The position numbers and the translations under genes are program-made. A stretch of DNA of 64,000 nucleotides from Planctomycetota bacterium (GTDB lineage: Bacteria; Planctomycetota; SZUA-567; H5-PLA8). Shown here one piece after another: positions 38,700-49,206 of this stretch. Position 1 is the first letter of the stretch, and every line of letters begins with the position of its first letter. The notes under the pieces are model-generated. The model saw only the letters and a list, made by a program, of their open reading frames with translations. It had not been told where the DNA came from and searched no databases. Where the stretch lies: assembly GCA_038227875.1 (NCBI GenBank), contig JBBRPR010000016.1, positions 64,001 to 128,000 of the forward strand, in the 5' to 3' direction.

Positions 38700-40802
38700 A
38701 TGGGTACTCACAGCAGCACAGTCATTCAAGTTCCACTTCCTTCCGCAAGCAAATCCACCCATCCCAAAAAACGGCGCAACTGGAAGAACATTTTCCGTTA
38801 CGCCAGCGGCGCCGTCGATCCGGAAGCCACCACCGACGATCCGCGCGTGGCTCCGGTCACCCGGAGTTCCCTGAGGCGATTTTTCGAATTCGTCCGCCCG
38901 CACAAAACGCTGGTCATGCTGCTGGTCGGCTGCACGCTGATCAACCAGGCCATGATCGTCGTCATGCCCGTGGCGATCGGCCGCGTGATCGACAAGGTGC
39001 TGCCGGCCAAGGACATGACCCTGCTCAACGCCACGGCCATCGGCTTGGCGGTCTTCCTGGTCGCACGCTCGTTCTTTCTCTGGTGTGAACGCGAACTGGG
39101 CGTGCTGGTCGGTTCGCTGATCGTCCGCGACGTCCGCACGCGCCTGCACGAACACATGCAGACCATGTCGCTCAAGTTTCTCGAGGACTATCAAGTCGGC
39201 CGCATCGTTTCGCGCATCATGGGCGATACGGAATCCGTACGCAATCTGCTCATCGGCGGCTTCATCACCAGCGCTTCGAACGGGCTGCGCTTCATCTTCG
39301 TGCTGGCGACTCTTTTCTGGATCGACTGGCGCCTGACGCTGATCAGTCTGATCACGCTGCCGTTCTTCATGGTCGGATTCTGGTTCTTCGTGCGCCGGCT
39401 GCGTCCCGCGTACAAGGAACTGAGCGAAGACGGCTCGCGCCTGTGGGCGACGGCGAGCGAAACGTTTTCGGCTGTCCGGGTCGTCAAGACCTACCGCGGC
39501 GAACACCGCGCCGATTCCGGATTCACCGGCCGCGTTCACACGATCCTGCGCAAGACGTTGCTGATCTGCCGCACCCATCACCTGATCGCCGTGATCTGGG
39601 AAGCCGCCGTCTGGGCCGGCCTGGTCGCGATGATCTGGTACGGCGGCCGCCGCGTGATGCTGGGCCAGATGAGCGCCGGCGAACTGGTCGCGTTCTACGG
39701 CCTGATTGGGCAGGTCCACGGACCGGTCGCGGAACTGATCAACGTTTCCGGAACCGTCCAGCAGGCCATGGCTTCGATCGAACGCATCGGCGAAGTCCTC
39801 GATCGCAAGCCGGAAATCGCCGATCACCCGCTGGCGGTGGAAGCGCGCGAACTGAAGGGTGAAGTCACGTTCGAGAATGTCTCGTTCACGTACGAACGGT
39901 CGGCCGCGTCGATGCGCGCCAGCCAGGTCACGGCCGAGTCGCTGGCGGCCAAGGGCGCCTCACCGGCAAGCGTCGAACTACGCGCGCCGAAGTCGACGCT
40001 GGCCGGCGTCTCGTTCCACGTGCGGGCCGGCGAGAGCATCGCGCTGGTCGGTTCGTCGGGTTCGGGCAAAAGCACCATCATCAATCTGCTCGCGCGCCTT
40101 TACGACGTGGGCGCCGGCGCGATCAAGGTCGACGGCATGGACATCCGCGATTACCGCCAGGCATCGTACCGCAAGCACTTGGCGCTGGTGCTGCAGGAGA
40201 ATTTCCTCTTCCGCGGCACGATTCGCGAGAACATCCGTTACGCGAAGCCCGACGCCACCGAAGAGCAGATCATCACCGCCGCGAAAATGGCCGGCGCGTG
40301 GGAGTTCATCTGCGCGCAGGGCAAGGGCCTCGATTCGCTCTGCGGCGAACGCGGCGTGAAACTCTCCGGCGGGCAGAAGCAGCGCATCTCGATCGCGCGC
40401 GCGATCCTGGCCGATCCACGCATCCTGATTCTGGATGAGGCCACCAGCGCGCTCGACAGTCAAGCTGAAGCCCACATCCAGGAAGCGCTCGACGTTCTGA
40501 TGAAAGGCCGCACCACGTTCATCATCGCGCACCGGTTGTCGACCATTGTCAACGCCGACCGGATCCTCGTGATGGAGAAGGGCCGCATTGTCGAAATGGG
40601 CACGCACGAAGAACTGCTCGTGCGCGAAGGCAAGTACTTCGACATGTTCATGGAACAGTACGGCAAGGTGAAGTTCAACGGCAACACGTCCGAAGCCATT
40701 GGACGCTGGCGCCAGAAGAAGGCCAACAATTGCAGCAAGCAGAGCGGGCGAGCGACCGCCGTAGTCTCCGCACCGCAGGCATCCAGCCTGCAAGGAGTCT
40801 GA
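38700..40802 (+). CDS. ABC exporter, fused permease + ATPase (ABCB/MsbA-like)
   Basis: Six-TM domain; GSSGSGKST, LSGGQKQR, ILILDEATSALD and IAHRLST. Confidence 0.93.
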   Translation: MGTHSSTVIQVPLPSASKSTHPKKRRNWKNIFRYASGAVDPEATTDDPRVAPVTRSSLRRFFEFVRPHKTLVMLLVGCTLINQAMIVVMPVAIGRVIDKVLPAKDMTLLNATAIGLAVFLVARSFFLWCERELGVLVGSLIVRDVRTRLHEHMQTMSLKFLEDYQVGRIVSRIMGDTESVRNLLIGGFITSASNGLRFIFVLATLFWIDWRLTLISLITLPFFMVGFWFFVRRLRPAYKELSEDGSRLWATASETFSAVRVVKTYRGEHRADSGFTGRVHTILRKTLLICRTHHLIAVIWEAAVWAGLVAMIWYGGRRVMLGQMSAGELVAFYGLIGQVHGPVAELINVSGTVQQAMASIERIGEVLDRKPEIADHPLAVEARELKGEVTFENVSFTYERSAASMRASQVTAESLAAKGASPASVELRAPKSTLAGVSFHVRAGESIALVGSSGSGKSTIINLLARLYDVGAGAIKVDGMDIRDYRQASYRKHLALVLQENFLFRGTIRENIRYAKPDATEEQIITAAKMAGAWEFICAQGKGLDSLCGERGVKLSGGQKQRISIARAILADPRILILDEATSALDSQAEAHIQEALDVLMKGRTTFIIAHRLSTIVNADRILVMEKGRIVEMGTHEELLVREGKYFDMFMEQYGKVKFNGNTSEAIGRWRQKKANNCSKQSGRATAVVSAPQASSLQGV

Positions 40803-40886
40803 GGTAAGCGTCAAGATGCGCGCCGGCAAGATGCCGGCGCTACAGCTTCCGGACTTGAGAGGGGCTCGTCACCGAGTCGATTCACC

Positions 40887-42017
40887 ATGAAAACCATTTC
40901 GCTGCTGCCGATCGTGCTCACCGGCATCGTTGGCGGCGTCTTTCTGATCCAGATCCATACCGTGCCCACATCCATCAGTGTAAGCCCGTCCGCGCGCGGA
41001 CAGGTGGAAGCCGTAAACGCTCCAACCAAAACGGAATCGCCGGCGGCGACTGCGCCGTTGACGGTCCGCCCTGCGCCGGAATTCCGCCATGAACCGGCGC
41101 TGCTCTGCATTCCCGGCCGTATCAAGGCCAACCGGGAGCTGGACATCAAGAGCAAGACCTCGGGCCAGGTGCTCACGGTCGCCGTCGATGTCGGCGACAC
41201 CGTCAAGCCCGGACAACTGCTGGTGGAACTCGACGCCACCGACGCGACGCGCTCCGTGCAGCGCGCCGAAGCCACGCTCGCCGCCTCGCGCGCGCGTCTG
41301 GCGCAGGCGCGGGACAACCTGGACATCGCGCAGATGTCGCTGAGCGCCCTGCAGACGCGCGCGGGCGCCTGCGTGAAATCGGCTTCCGCGAAAGCCACGC
41401 GCGCGCGCAGCCGCGCCGACCGCTACAAGGCGACGATGCTGAAAAACGTGATCAGCCAGGAAACGTACGAAGAAGCGGAAGCCGGCGCCGTGGAAGCCGC
41501 CGCCAACCTGGAGCTCAGCCGCGTGCAGCTCTTCGACGTCAAGACGCAGGAGCGCTCGCTGGAACTCCGCCGCGAAGATGTCTCGTGCGCCGAAGCGCAG
41601 GTCACCATCGATGAGATCACGCTGAAAGACGCGCAGCAGCGCCTGGCCGAGACGAAAATCCATGCGTGCATGGAAGGCACCGTCACCGCGCGCTTCGTTC
41701 AGCCGGGGCAGATTGTGTCGGCCGGTTCGTCGAGCGCCGAGACGCGGCTGCTGACGATTCTGGATTTCTCGCGCGTCTTCGTCACCGCGTCGGCCAGCGC
41801 CAGCCAGTTTGGCCAGCTCAAGGTCGATCAGGCCGCGACGATCCGCACCGAAGCGTGTCCCGACACCACGTTCACCGGAAAAGTCGTGCGCGTCTCACCG
41901 CGCGCCGCGGGAACAGACGTGACGTTCGACGTCAAAATCGAAGTCCTGAGCGAGAACCGCACGCAGCTGAAGTCCGAGATGCCGGCCTGCGTGGAGATCG
42001 CGCCGCTCTCGCATTAG
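40887..42017 (+). CDS. Periplasmic adaptor (membrane fusion protein)
   Basis: Lipoyl halves (V.VGD.VK.GQLLVELD; I.A.M.GTV....VQ.GQ) flanking a long helical hairpin. Confidence 0.88.
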   Translation: MKTISLLPIVLTGIVGGVFLIQIHTVPTSISVSPSARGQVEAVNAPTKTESPAATAPLTVRPAPEFRHEPALLCIPGRIKANRELDIKSKTSGQVLTVAVDVGDTVKPGQLLVELDATDATRSVQRAEATLAASRARLAQARDNLDIAQMSLSALQTRAGACVKSASAKATRARSRADRYKATMLKNVISQETYEEAEAGAVEAAANLELSRVQLFDVKTQERSLELRREDVSCAEAQVTIDEITLKDAQQRLAETKIHACMEGTVTARFVQPGQIVSAGSSSAETRLLTILDFSRVFVTASASASQFGQLKVDQAATIRTEACPDTTFTGKVVRVSPRAAGTDVTFDVKIEVLSENRTQLKSEMPACVEIAPLSH

Positions 42018-42034
42018 TCGCATCGTGGCTCCAA

Positions 42035-44965
42035 CTACTTCAACTCCGCCGTGATGGCCTTGCGGAGGCGTTCGAAGTCGTCGATGCGCAGGCCGCTGAA
42101 AGACTCGGTCACGGCGCCTTCGGCGTCGAGCTTGCCGAACGTGCGCGTGACTTTGACGGCGCTCTCCGCGAGTTGTTCGAGCTGCCGGCGGGCGGGATCG
42201 TCTTTAAGCAGATTGCGCTTCTCGGCCAGCAGGTACAGGTACTCCACGTCCTGCTCCGCGCGCCGGTACGCTTTCAGCCGCAGGGAAGGGCAGGCGCCGG
42301 TGATGCCGAACTGCTTGCCGCTGTAGATGACGCAAGTGTCCTCGTACTTGGTCCAATTGCCGGAGTTGCCCAGCGTCAGCCACGGCACGAATCCGCTGAC
42401 GCCGCTGGTGTAAAGATCCAACGCGCGCGCGCAGGCATCCAGCGCACTCGAGGTCGTCCGCTCGGCGCCGCCGTAGGTCCAGATGTCCTGATGGTAGCGT
42501 TCGCGCCAGTCTTCCAGCCAGGAGCGATAGCCGCCGAAACCACCACTGACATTGACGTCGATCAGGCCATCCAGCGTGTCGCGGCCGGATTCGGGACGCG
42601 AGATGTCGGCGCGGAAGAGCACGCGCGAACGATCGCCATTTTGAGCAGCGCGGAGCAGCTTGCTGAAGAATGCAAGCGCGTGGTAGTCGTCGATGTGGTT
42701 GGGTTCGTCCAGCAGCCAGAAGCTGACGCCTTTTCCCGCGCCGGTCTTCGGCTTATACTGCTTGTAATAATACTTGTCGTTGAGGTAGATCTGGAACTTC
42801 GTCTTCCAGCCCTTCTCTTTGACGTGCTGATCGAACTCCCGCGCCACGGCCGTCCACTGATCCTTGTAGTCCTGCGAGAAGCCTTCGTCGATCGGGCCGG
42901 CGACTTTCCAATGCTCTTCCCATTTGGCGTCATTCCATTTGTAGTCGGTCATCGGTGTGGGGTAATGCTCGGCCAGAGGCAGATAGAAGTGGTCGACGCC
43001 CACTCCGGCGCGCGGCGTGTCCTTGAAGGCGCTGCCGTCGAAGAGCGGACCAAAACGCTTGTCCCACGCTTCCCAGGAAATGACCTTCATGTCCTTGCCC
43101 TTGCCGGCCAGCGGCCAGTGCGTGCCTGCTTCAAAATGCGCGCTGTGTCCGTAATGGAGAATGGCCAGATTGGTGCGATGTTCGTGCGCAACCGTGTAGA
43201 AGGATCGCTCCGCCTGCAGGAATTCCGCGCTGTCCTCTTTGCCAAATTCATTGCCCGGCGACGAGTACGCGTTCATCGACCAGACAAAATGCGCTTCGTC
43301 CGGGATCACGGCGTTGCCGACCGCGAGGCTGATCGGCAATTCCACCGGATCGGCGTTGGCGGCCTGGACGCTGATGGTGCCAGAATACGTGCCAGGCTTG
43401 GCATCCTTCGGCACAAAGAAGTCGACGTAGACGGTCTGGTTTTTCTGGCCCGGCACTGCGTTTTTTTCGTTCGGAATCGTGAATGCATCGCCGGCTTTCA
43501 GCGGCAACAGCGGATCGGGATACCAGCCCTTCTCGTCCTTGCCCGCCTTTTGATACCAGAGTAGCGACAAGCGCACCGACGCAGCGGGAATGACGCCGCC
43601 ATCGGGTCCCTTCAGATCACCCGGCTTGACCGTCCAAGCCGTGCCGTCCTTCTTATTCTGACAGACCAATTGGAAGGCCGCCCATTCTCCGCGCAACGAA
43701 TGCAGCGAAACGGTTTTCGTCGCGCCGCTCCATGCGGCGTTGGCTTGGCTCCACGTTCCGGCCGGATCCTTGGCGTACGCGTCGGCGGATTCTTCGTAGA
43801 CGTTGTTCGTGATGGGATTCACTTTGGCGCAATCGGGGACGACCCAGACGATTCCCGAATCGTTCTCCGGCGGCTTCCCGGGATTGAGCACCGCATTGAA
43901 CGTCTCGAGCGGAAGCTGAGCCGGTTTGGGGTAGGCCGCGGAGACCTTGCCCTTGCCGGAACCTTTCGCAGCAATCTTTCCGCCGCGGGTAATGATCGTG
44001 ACTTCGACTTCAGTCTCCGCGTCCACGGGCTGATGCCGCAGCAGCGCGCGCACGGGTTCGCCGGGCTTGCCGGGGGAGGGTACTTTGAAGCGGGGAATTT
44101 CCGCCATCGGCGTGCCGCCGACGGACGCGCGGATCACGTATCCCAGGATGGATTTCGCTTCATCAGCGTTGGCCGGGCCGGGCCAGGAGATTTCCAGACC
44201 GCCGGTGCTCAAGTCCGCGCCCGACTGCCACGGCTTGACCGCCACAGTCAACGCGGCTGTTGCGACGTCTGGCGCCGGTTCCACTTCGACCACGAAATAC
44301 GGCATCGCGTTATTCTGTTCGCGCGAGAAGAAATAATTGTTCCCGTTGTTGGTGTCCGGCACGACGTCCTTGTGGCCGTTGCCCGTCTGGCCATTGTCGT
44401 CGGAGCAGCAAATGCCGTGGGACAACCCAGCCGCGCACGCTTCCATCAGGCGCCCGTCGAACTCCATGTCAAACCACACGTCGTCGTTGTGGGTGACATA
44501 ACTTTGCGTCCAGATCGTGCCGCTCCGTCCGCCGTAGGCGTTGAGGAAATTCGAACTCGGTCCGCCCCACTTCTTGTCGCTGCCGAAATCGGGGCTTTCA
44601 AAACAGGAATCGCCTTTCGCGCCCGGCTTCGCGTCGCTGGAGGACGTCCCTTCGTTCCAGGCGACGGCGATGGTCGAGAAGCCCACCTTCCGCACCATGA
44701 TATTTTTCTCCGTGCCTTTGATGTGAAGCACGGCGCGTTTGACGATCATGTTTTTCAGGGGCAGTGTGTCGAAGTCGAAGATCAGGAAATTCTGAATGCC
44801 CTTCATCTTGATCCGTGGCGACGTGCCCAGGTTGGACTTGGTCTCCGACGAATACGCGCAGATCGAATTGTCGGCCGTGATCGGAACCTTGACCTCACCG
44901 GCGCACGCATACTTTATGCACGCAAACACGACCAGGGCGAAAACCAGCGTCTTCAGGTTGTTCAT
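42035..44965 (-). CDS. Secreted protein with GH123/DUF4091-like C-terminal domain
   Basis: Signal peptide; LRGEW.AFQL, V.VD.FVP.DAKPGTYSG.I.V, LDEP and PSLRLKAYRR..QD.EYL. Confidence 0.72.
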   Translation of the reverse strand: MNNLKTLVFALVVFACIKYACAGEVKVPITADNSICAYSSETKSNLGTSPRIKMKGIQNFLIFDFDTLPLKNMIVKRAVLHIKGTEKNIMVRKVGFSTIAVAWNEGTSSSDAKPGAKGDSCFESPDFGSDKKWGGPSSNFLNAYGGRSGTIWTQSYVTHNDDVWFDMEFDGRLMEACAAGLSHGICCSDDNGQTGNGHKDVVPDTNNGNNYFFSREQNNAMPYFVVEVEPAPDVATAALTVAVKPWQSGADLSTGGLEISWPGPANADEAKSILGYVIRASVGGTPMAEIPRFKVPSPGKPGEPVRALLRHQPVDAETEVEVTIITRGGKIAAKGSGKGKVSAAYPKPAQLPLETFNAVLNPGKPPENDSGIVWVVPDCAKVNPITNNVYEESADAYAKDPAGTWSQANAAWSGATKTVSLHSLRGEWAAFQLVCQNKKDGTAWTVKPGDLKGPDGGVIPAASVRLSLLWYQKAGKDEKGWYPDPLLPLKAGDAFTIPNEKNAVPGQKNQTVYVDFFVPKDAKPGTYSGTISVQAANADPVELPISLAVGNAVIPDEAHFVWSMNAYSSPGNEFGKEDSAEFLQAERSFYTVAHEHRTNLAILHYGHSAHFEAGTHWPLAGKGKDMKVISWEAWDKRFGPLFDGSAFKDTPRAGVGVDHFYLPLAEHYPTPMTDYKWNDAKWEEHWKVAGPIDEGFSQDYKDQWTAVAREFDQHVKEKGWKTKFQIYLNDKYYYKQYKPKTGAGKGVSFWLLDEPNHIDDYHALAFFSKLLRAAQNGDRSRVLFRADISRPESGRDTLDGLIDVNVSGGFGGYRSWLEDWRERYHQDIWTYGGAERTTSSALDACARALDLYTSGVSGFVPWLTLGNSGNWTKYEDTCVIYSGKQFGITGACPSLRLKAYRRAEQDVEYLYLLAEKRNLLKDDPARRQLEQLAESAVKVTRTFGKLDAEGAVTESFSGLRIDDFERLRKAITAELK

Positions 44966-45162
44966 GATGCCTCGCTAAAAGATTTTAATGTCTGTCATAA
45001 TTTACACTGAAGCCGGGCAAATAGTCGTGGCAACTTTGGAGTTTCTCGCGACTTTTGCCTCGCAGAAACGGCACACCTGCGGCTCAACACGCCCCTCTTT
45101 GACAGCGCGCTTTCCAACTCATACACTTCAGTGGAGTTGCCCTGCCGGAGACCCCACCTCGA

Positions 45163-46515
45163 ATGCTTCGTTTTTTAATCGCGCTGATTGTTATTGGTGG
45201 CCTTGCAGCGGGCGGATTCTTCTTCTGGAAATCGCGGCAGCCCAAGGTCGATCCCCTCGCCGATAAAGTCGCGGTGGTGAAGGTCGAGAAAGGCAAGATC
45301 CGCGCCAGCATCTCCTCGACCGGCCGCGTCGTCTCGAATCTCGACGTCGACATCAAATGCAAAGCCAGCGGAACGATCGTCCAGATCCCCTTCGACATCA
45401 GCGACAAGGTCAAGCCCGGCGACCTGCTCGTGGAGCTCGACCCCATCGACGAACAGCGCAATGTCAAGCAATCGCAGAATGGGCTGGAAGCCTCGCAGGC
45501 GAAACTCGAGACGGCCAAGCAGAACCTGATCATCGCCACGATGAGCCTCGACACCGACCGCCAGCGCATGGAGCAGCAGATTCAATCGGCGAAAGTGCGC
45601 GCCCAACGCTCGCGCGAAAAAGCCGACCGCCTGAAGCAACTGGTCACCACCAGCTACTCGGCCACCAGCAAGGAAGAATACGACACCGCGGAAGCGCAAG
45701 CCAATCAGGACGACGCCGACCTCAAGAACGCGCAGGTCCGCATCAACGAATTGAAGACCGAAGAAGCCGCGCTGGAAATCAAGCGCCAGGAAGTGCGGCT
45801 GGCACAAACCGACGTCGAAGGCGACCAGATCTCCCTGGCGATCGCCAACCAGCGACTCACCGACACGAAAGTTTTCTCGCCGATGAACGGCGTGGTCTCC
45901 GCGCGGCCGGTGCAGAAGGGCACGATCATTTCGTCGGCGATCAGCAATGTCGGTGGCGGCTCGACGCTGATGACGCTCTCGGACACGTCGCAACTGTTCA
46001 TCCTTGCCTCCGTCGACGAGAGCGACATCGGCAACGTCAAACTCGGCTACCAGTGCGACATCTCGGCCGATTCCTTCCATGGCGTAAAGTTCAGCGGCAA
46101 AGTCGTGCGCATCGCGCCCAAGGGCGTCAGCGTCTCGAACGTGGTGACGATCGAAGTCAAAATCGAAGTGCTGAGCCCCAATAAAAATCTGCTGATGCCG
46201 GAGATGACCGCCAACGTCGAAATCGTTTCGGCAGAGAAGGACGACGTGATCCGCATTCCGGCCGACGCCGTCACGCGCAAACACAAGGAGCGCTTCGTCC
46301 AGGTCTCCAAGCCCGTCGGCCCGCCGGAAGAGAAGAATGACACGAAAGAAGAACGGAAAGTCGAAGTCGGCATCACCGACGGCGTCAACATCGAGATCAC
46401 CGATGGCCTTACAGAAGGCGAAATGATCGTCGTGAAGAAGTCCGACGCCGACAGCCGCTGGAAAGCCTCCCCGCGCGCGCCGACGCCCGGCCAGATGATG
46501 GGCGGCCGGCGATGA
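45163..46515 (+). CDS. MacA-like periplasmic adaptor
   Basis: N-terminal TM helix, lipoyl/hairpin, VDESDIG.VK.G, MPEMTA.VEI and VEVGITDG. Confidence 0.9.
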   Translation: MLRFLIALIVIGGLAAGGFFFWKSRQPKVDPLADKVAVVKVEKGKIRASISSTGRVVSNLDVDIKCKASGTIVQIPFDISDKVKPGDLLVELDPIDEQRNVKQSQNGLEASQAKLETAKQNLIIATMSLDTDRQRMEQQIQSAKVRAQRSREKADRLKQLVTTSYSATSKEEYDTAEAQANQDDADLKNAQVRINELKTEEAALEIKRQEVRLAQTDVEGDQISLAIANQRLTDTKVFSPMNGVVSARPVQKGTIISSAISNVGGGSTLMTLSDTSQLFILASVDESDIGNVKLGYQCDISADSFHGVKFSGKVVRIAPKGVSVSNVVTIEVKIEVLSPNKNLLMPEMTANVEIVSAEKDDVIRIPADAVTRKHKERFVQVSKPVGPPEEKNDTKEERKVEVGITDGVNIEITDGLTEGEMIVVKKSDADSRWKASPRAPTPGQMMGGRR

Positions 46516-47219
46516 TCATCGCCGACGACCTGGTCAAGACCTACACGCTTGGCGGCCAGACCGTCCGCGCGCTCGACGGCGTCACGCTGCGCATCGAGGA
46601 CGGCGAACTGCTGGCGATCACCGGCGCATCCGGCAGCGGCAAATCGACGCTGATGAACATCCTCGGCTGCCTCGACCGCCCCGATTCGGGCAGTTATTCG
46701 CTCGGCGGCGAAGACGTCTCGCAACTGTCCGGCGATCGCCTCGCGGAGATCCGCAACCGGCACATCGGCTTCGTCTTTCAAAGCTTCAACCTGCTGCCGC
46801 GCATGAGCGCCATGGAAAATGTCGAACTGCCGCTGCTCTACCAGGGCAATCACGAAGCGCGCGCGCGCGCCGAAAAAGCGCTCACCACGGTGGGCCTCGG
46901 CGACCGCATGCATCACGAACCCAATCAGCTCTCCGGCGGCCAGCGCCAGCGCGTCGCGGTGGCCCGGGCGATTGTCACCGATCCCTCGATGATCCTCGCC
47001 GACGAACCGACGGGAAATCTGGACAGCAAAACCGGCGTCGAAATCCTGGCGCTCTTCAAGCGCCTGAACGACGAAGGCCGCACGATCGTGATTGTGACCC
47101 ACGATTCGTCGGTCGCGCAGCACTGCAAACGCGAGATCGCGATGCGCGACGGAAAGATCCGCGACGAAATCCGCCGCGACCCCAATGCGGCCGCGCCCGT
47201 TCAGGCCACCGGACACTAA
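46512..47219 (+). CDS. MacB/LolD-like ABC ATP-binding protein
   Basis: GASGSGKST, GFVFQSFNL, LSGGQRQR and ADEPTGNLD. Confidence 0.94.
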   Translation: MIIADDLVKTYTLGGQTVRALDGVTLRIEDGELLAITGASGSGKSTLMNILGCLDRPDSGSYSLGGEDVSQLSGDRLAEIRNRHIGFVFQSFNLLPRMSAMENVELPLLYQGNHEARARAEKALTTVGLGDRMHHEPNQLSGGQRQRVAVARAIVTDPSMILADEPTGNLDSKTGVEILALFKRLNDEGRTIVIVTHDSSVAQHCKREIAMRDGKIRDEIRRDPNAAAPVQATGH

Positions 47220-47222
47220 GCG

Positions 47223-48431
47223 ATGCTGCTGCTCACCATCCTGAAAGTCGCGTTGCGCAGCCTCTATGGGAACAAGCTCCGTTCATTCCTGGCGATGCTC
47301 GGCATCATCATCGGCGTCGGCGCGGTGATCTCGATGCTCGCCGTCGGCGCCGGCGCACAGCGCCAGGTGCTCGACCGCGTCACCGCGATGGGCACCAACC
47401 TGCTGATCGTCCGCCCCGGCAACAAGGGCATGGGCGGCGTGGTCTCCGGCGTGCAACAGAACCTGACGCTCGAAGACGCCGCCGCGATCGTCGCCGAAGT
47501 CGAACAGGTCCGCCAGATCGCGCCGGTCGTGGGCGGCTCGGCGCAGGTGAAATACCTGAGCAAAAATGCGCGCGTCAGCATCATCGGATCGGCGCCGCCC
47601 TACGTCGCCATGCGCAATTTCGAAGTCGAAAGAGGCCGCCCGTTCACCGAAGGCGAAGCCGACCGGCTCGCTCACGTCGCCGTGCTCGGTCCCACCACGG
47701 TCACCAATCTCTTCGGCGACAGCGAACCGCTGGGCGAAACGATTAAGCTCAACGGCATCAACTTTCTCGTCATCGGCGTCTTGAAGGCCAAGGGCGACCA
47801 GGGCTTTTATAATCCCGACGACCAGATCATCATGCCTTACTCCACGGCGATGAAACAGGTCTTCGGCGTCGACAAACTCCGCGAGATCGACATTGAAGGC
47901 CAGGACCAGGCCGACATCACGAAAATGCAGGACGACGTCACCTCGCTGCTCCGCAAGCGCCACCGCATCCAGGGCGCCAGCGCCAACGATTTCTTCGTCC
48001 AGAATCAGGCTGAATTGATCGAGACGGCGTCGAGCTTCGCGCGCATGTTCAATATTCTACTCGGCAGCGTCGCCGGAATTTCGCTGCTGGTCGGCGGCAT
48101 CGGCATCATGAACGTGATGCTGGTCTCCGTCACCGAACGCACGCGCGAGATCGGCGTGCGCAAAGCCATCGGCGCGCGCAACCGCGATATCCTCGGCCAA
48201 TTCCTGATCGAAGCGCTGCTGATGAGCGGCGTGGGCGGCATGATCGGCGTGCTGATGGGTGTGGGCTTCGCCGAAATTCTTTCACCGGTCTTCGCCTTCA
48301 CCACGATTGTGGAAACGTCGAGCATCCTGCTGGCCCTCTCGTTTTCCGCCGGCGTGGGAATTTTCTTCGGCTTTTACCCCGCGTACCGAGCCGCGTCGCT
48401 GAATCCCATTGAAGCGCTGCGCTACGAGTAG
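47223..48431 (+). CDS. MacB/FtsX-type ABC permease
   Basis: NKLRSFL.MLGIIIG, GGIGIMN.MLVSVTERTREIG and PIEALRYE. Confidence 0.94.
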   Translation: MLLLTILKVALRSLYGNKLRSFLAMLGIIIGVGAVISMLAVGAGAQRQVLDRVTAMGTNLLIVRPGNKGMGGVVSGVQQNLTLEDAAAIVAEVEQVRQIAPVVGGSAQVKYLSKNARVSIIGSAPPYVAMRNFEVERGRPFTEGEADRLAHVAVLGPTTVTNLFGDSEPLGETIKLNGINFLVIGVLKAKGDQGFYNPDDQIIMPYSTAMKQVFGVDKLREIDIEGQDQADITKMQDDVTSLLRKRHRIQGASANDFFVQNQAELIETASSFARMFNILLGSVAGISLLVGGIGIMNVMLVSVTERTREIGVRKAIGARNRDILGQFLIEALLMSGVGGMIGVLMGVGFAEILSPVFAFTTIVETSSILLALSFSAGVGIFFGFYPAYRAASLNPIEALRYE

Positions 48432-48438
48432 CAAAAGC

Positions 48439-48568
48439 ATTGCGGATTTCGGATTAGGTAAGCACATCAATCCGAGAATCCGACATGAACCACCCACATA
48501 ACTGCGCGCACGGTATCAACATGTGTGTCACCCATTCCAATCCGAAGCCGCAATCCGAAATCCGCAAT
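48439..48568. repeat. Inverted heptamer arrays (TGCGGAT/TTCGGAT ... AATCCGC/AATCCGA)
   Basis: attgcggatttcggatt pairs with aatccgaaatccgcaat; the same unit occurs at 33168-33198. Confidence 0.7.
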
Positions 48569-48631
48569 AGTTGCCCGTCAGAATTCCCATTTTTCCTGAA
48601 ACCCCACGTCCACTCATCCGTTCAACACATC

Positions 48632-49114
48632 ATGAAGGCGATGCGCCACAAGGTTAGTCGCAAACGCACACGTGCAGCCGAGTCACAGCCGCTGACGTTG
48701 GGGTCGGCGTTTCTGGCTTTGATTGGTGCGGTTGTCTTTTTTCTCCTCTTGGGCGCGGCGGCCTCCAATAGAAATCATGCCGGCGGCGTCATCATTGGCG
48801 TGCTGGCGCTCCTGATCTCTGCCGTGATGTGCGCCTTTTGGTATCGCACGTATCAACAGCGCGGCATCACCACCAAGCCGCGCATCTCGTTCCGCGAAAT
48901 CTACGTGCTCTATTTCGGTTTCAGCATCGAAGTCGGACTGATCGTTCACACGATGGCCGGCACCACCGACGCCGGTTGCGCCGCCGCCGCGTTGTTCCTC
49001 CCCCCGATGCTGATCGGCATCATCGCCGGCATGGACGACACGCCCAATGGCCGCGTCCTGGAACGCAAGGCGGTCATCAAGGCGAAGAAAGAACTCGCTC
49101 CGCCTGACGCGTAG
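48632..49114 (+). CDS. Hypothetical four-TM membrane protein
   Basis: Hydrophobic segments; start uncertain (48632 or 48641). Confidence 0.6.
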   Translation: MKAMRHKVSRKRTRAAESQPLTLGSAFLALIGAVVFFLLLGAAASNRNHAGGVIIGVLALLISAVMCAFWYRTYQQRGITTKPRISFREIYVLYFGFSIEVGLIVHTMAGTTDAGCAAAALFLPPMLIGIIAGMDDTPNGRVLERKAVIKAKKELAPPDA

Positions 49115-49206
49115 TACGAATCATTTTCGATTTTCAACGGAACGAAATGGAAAATGCCTGTCCCGCCGTTGGAGTCCCCTCAAATCCTTGCTATACTCCC
49201 AGTCCT

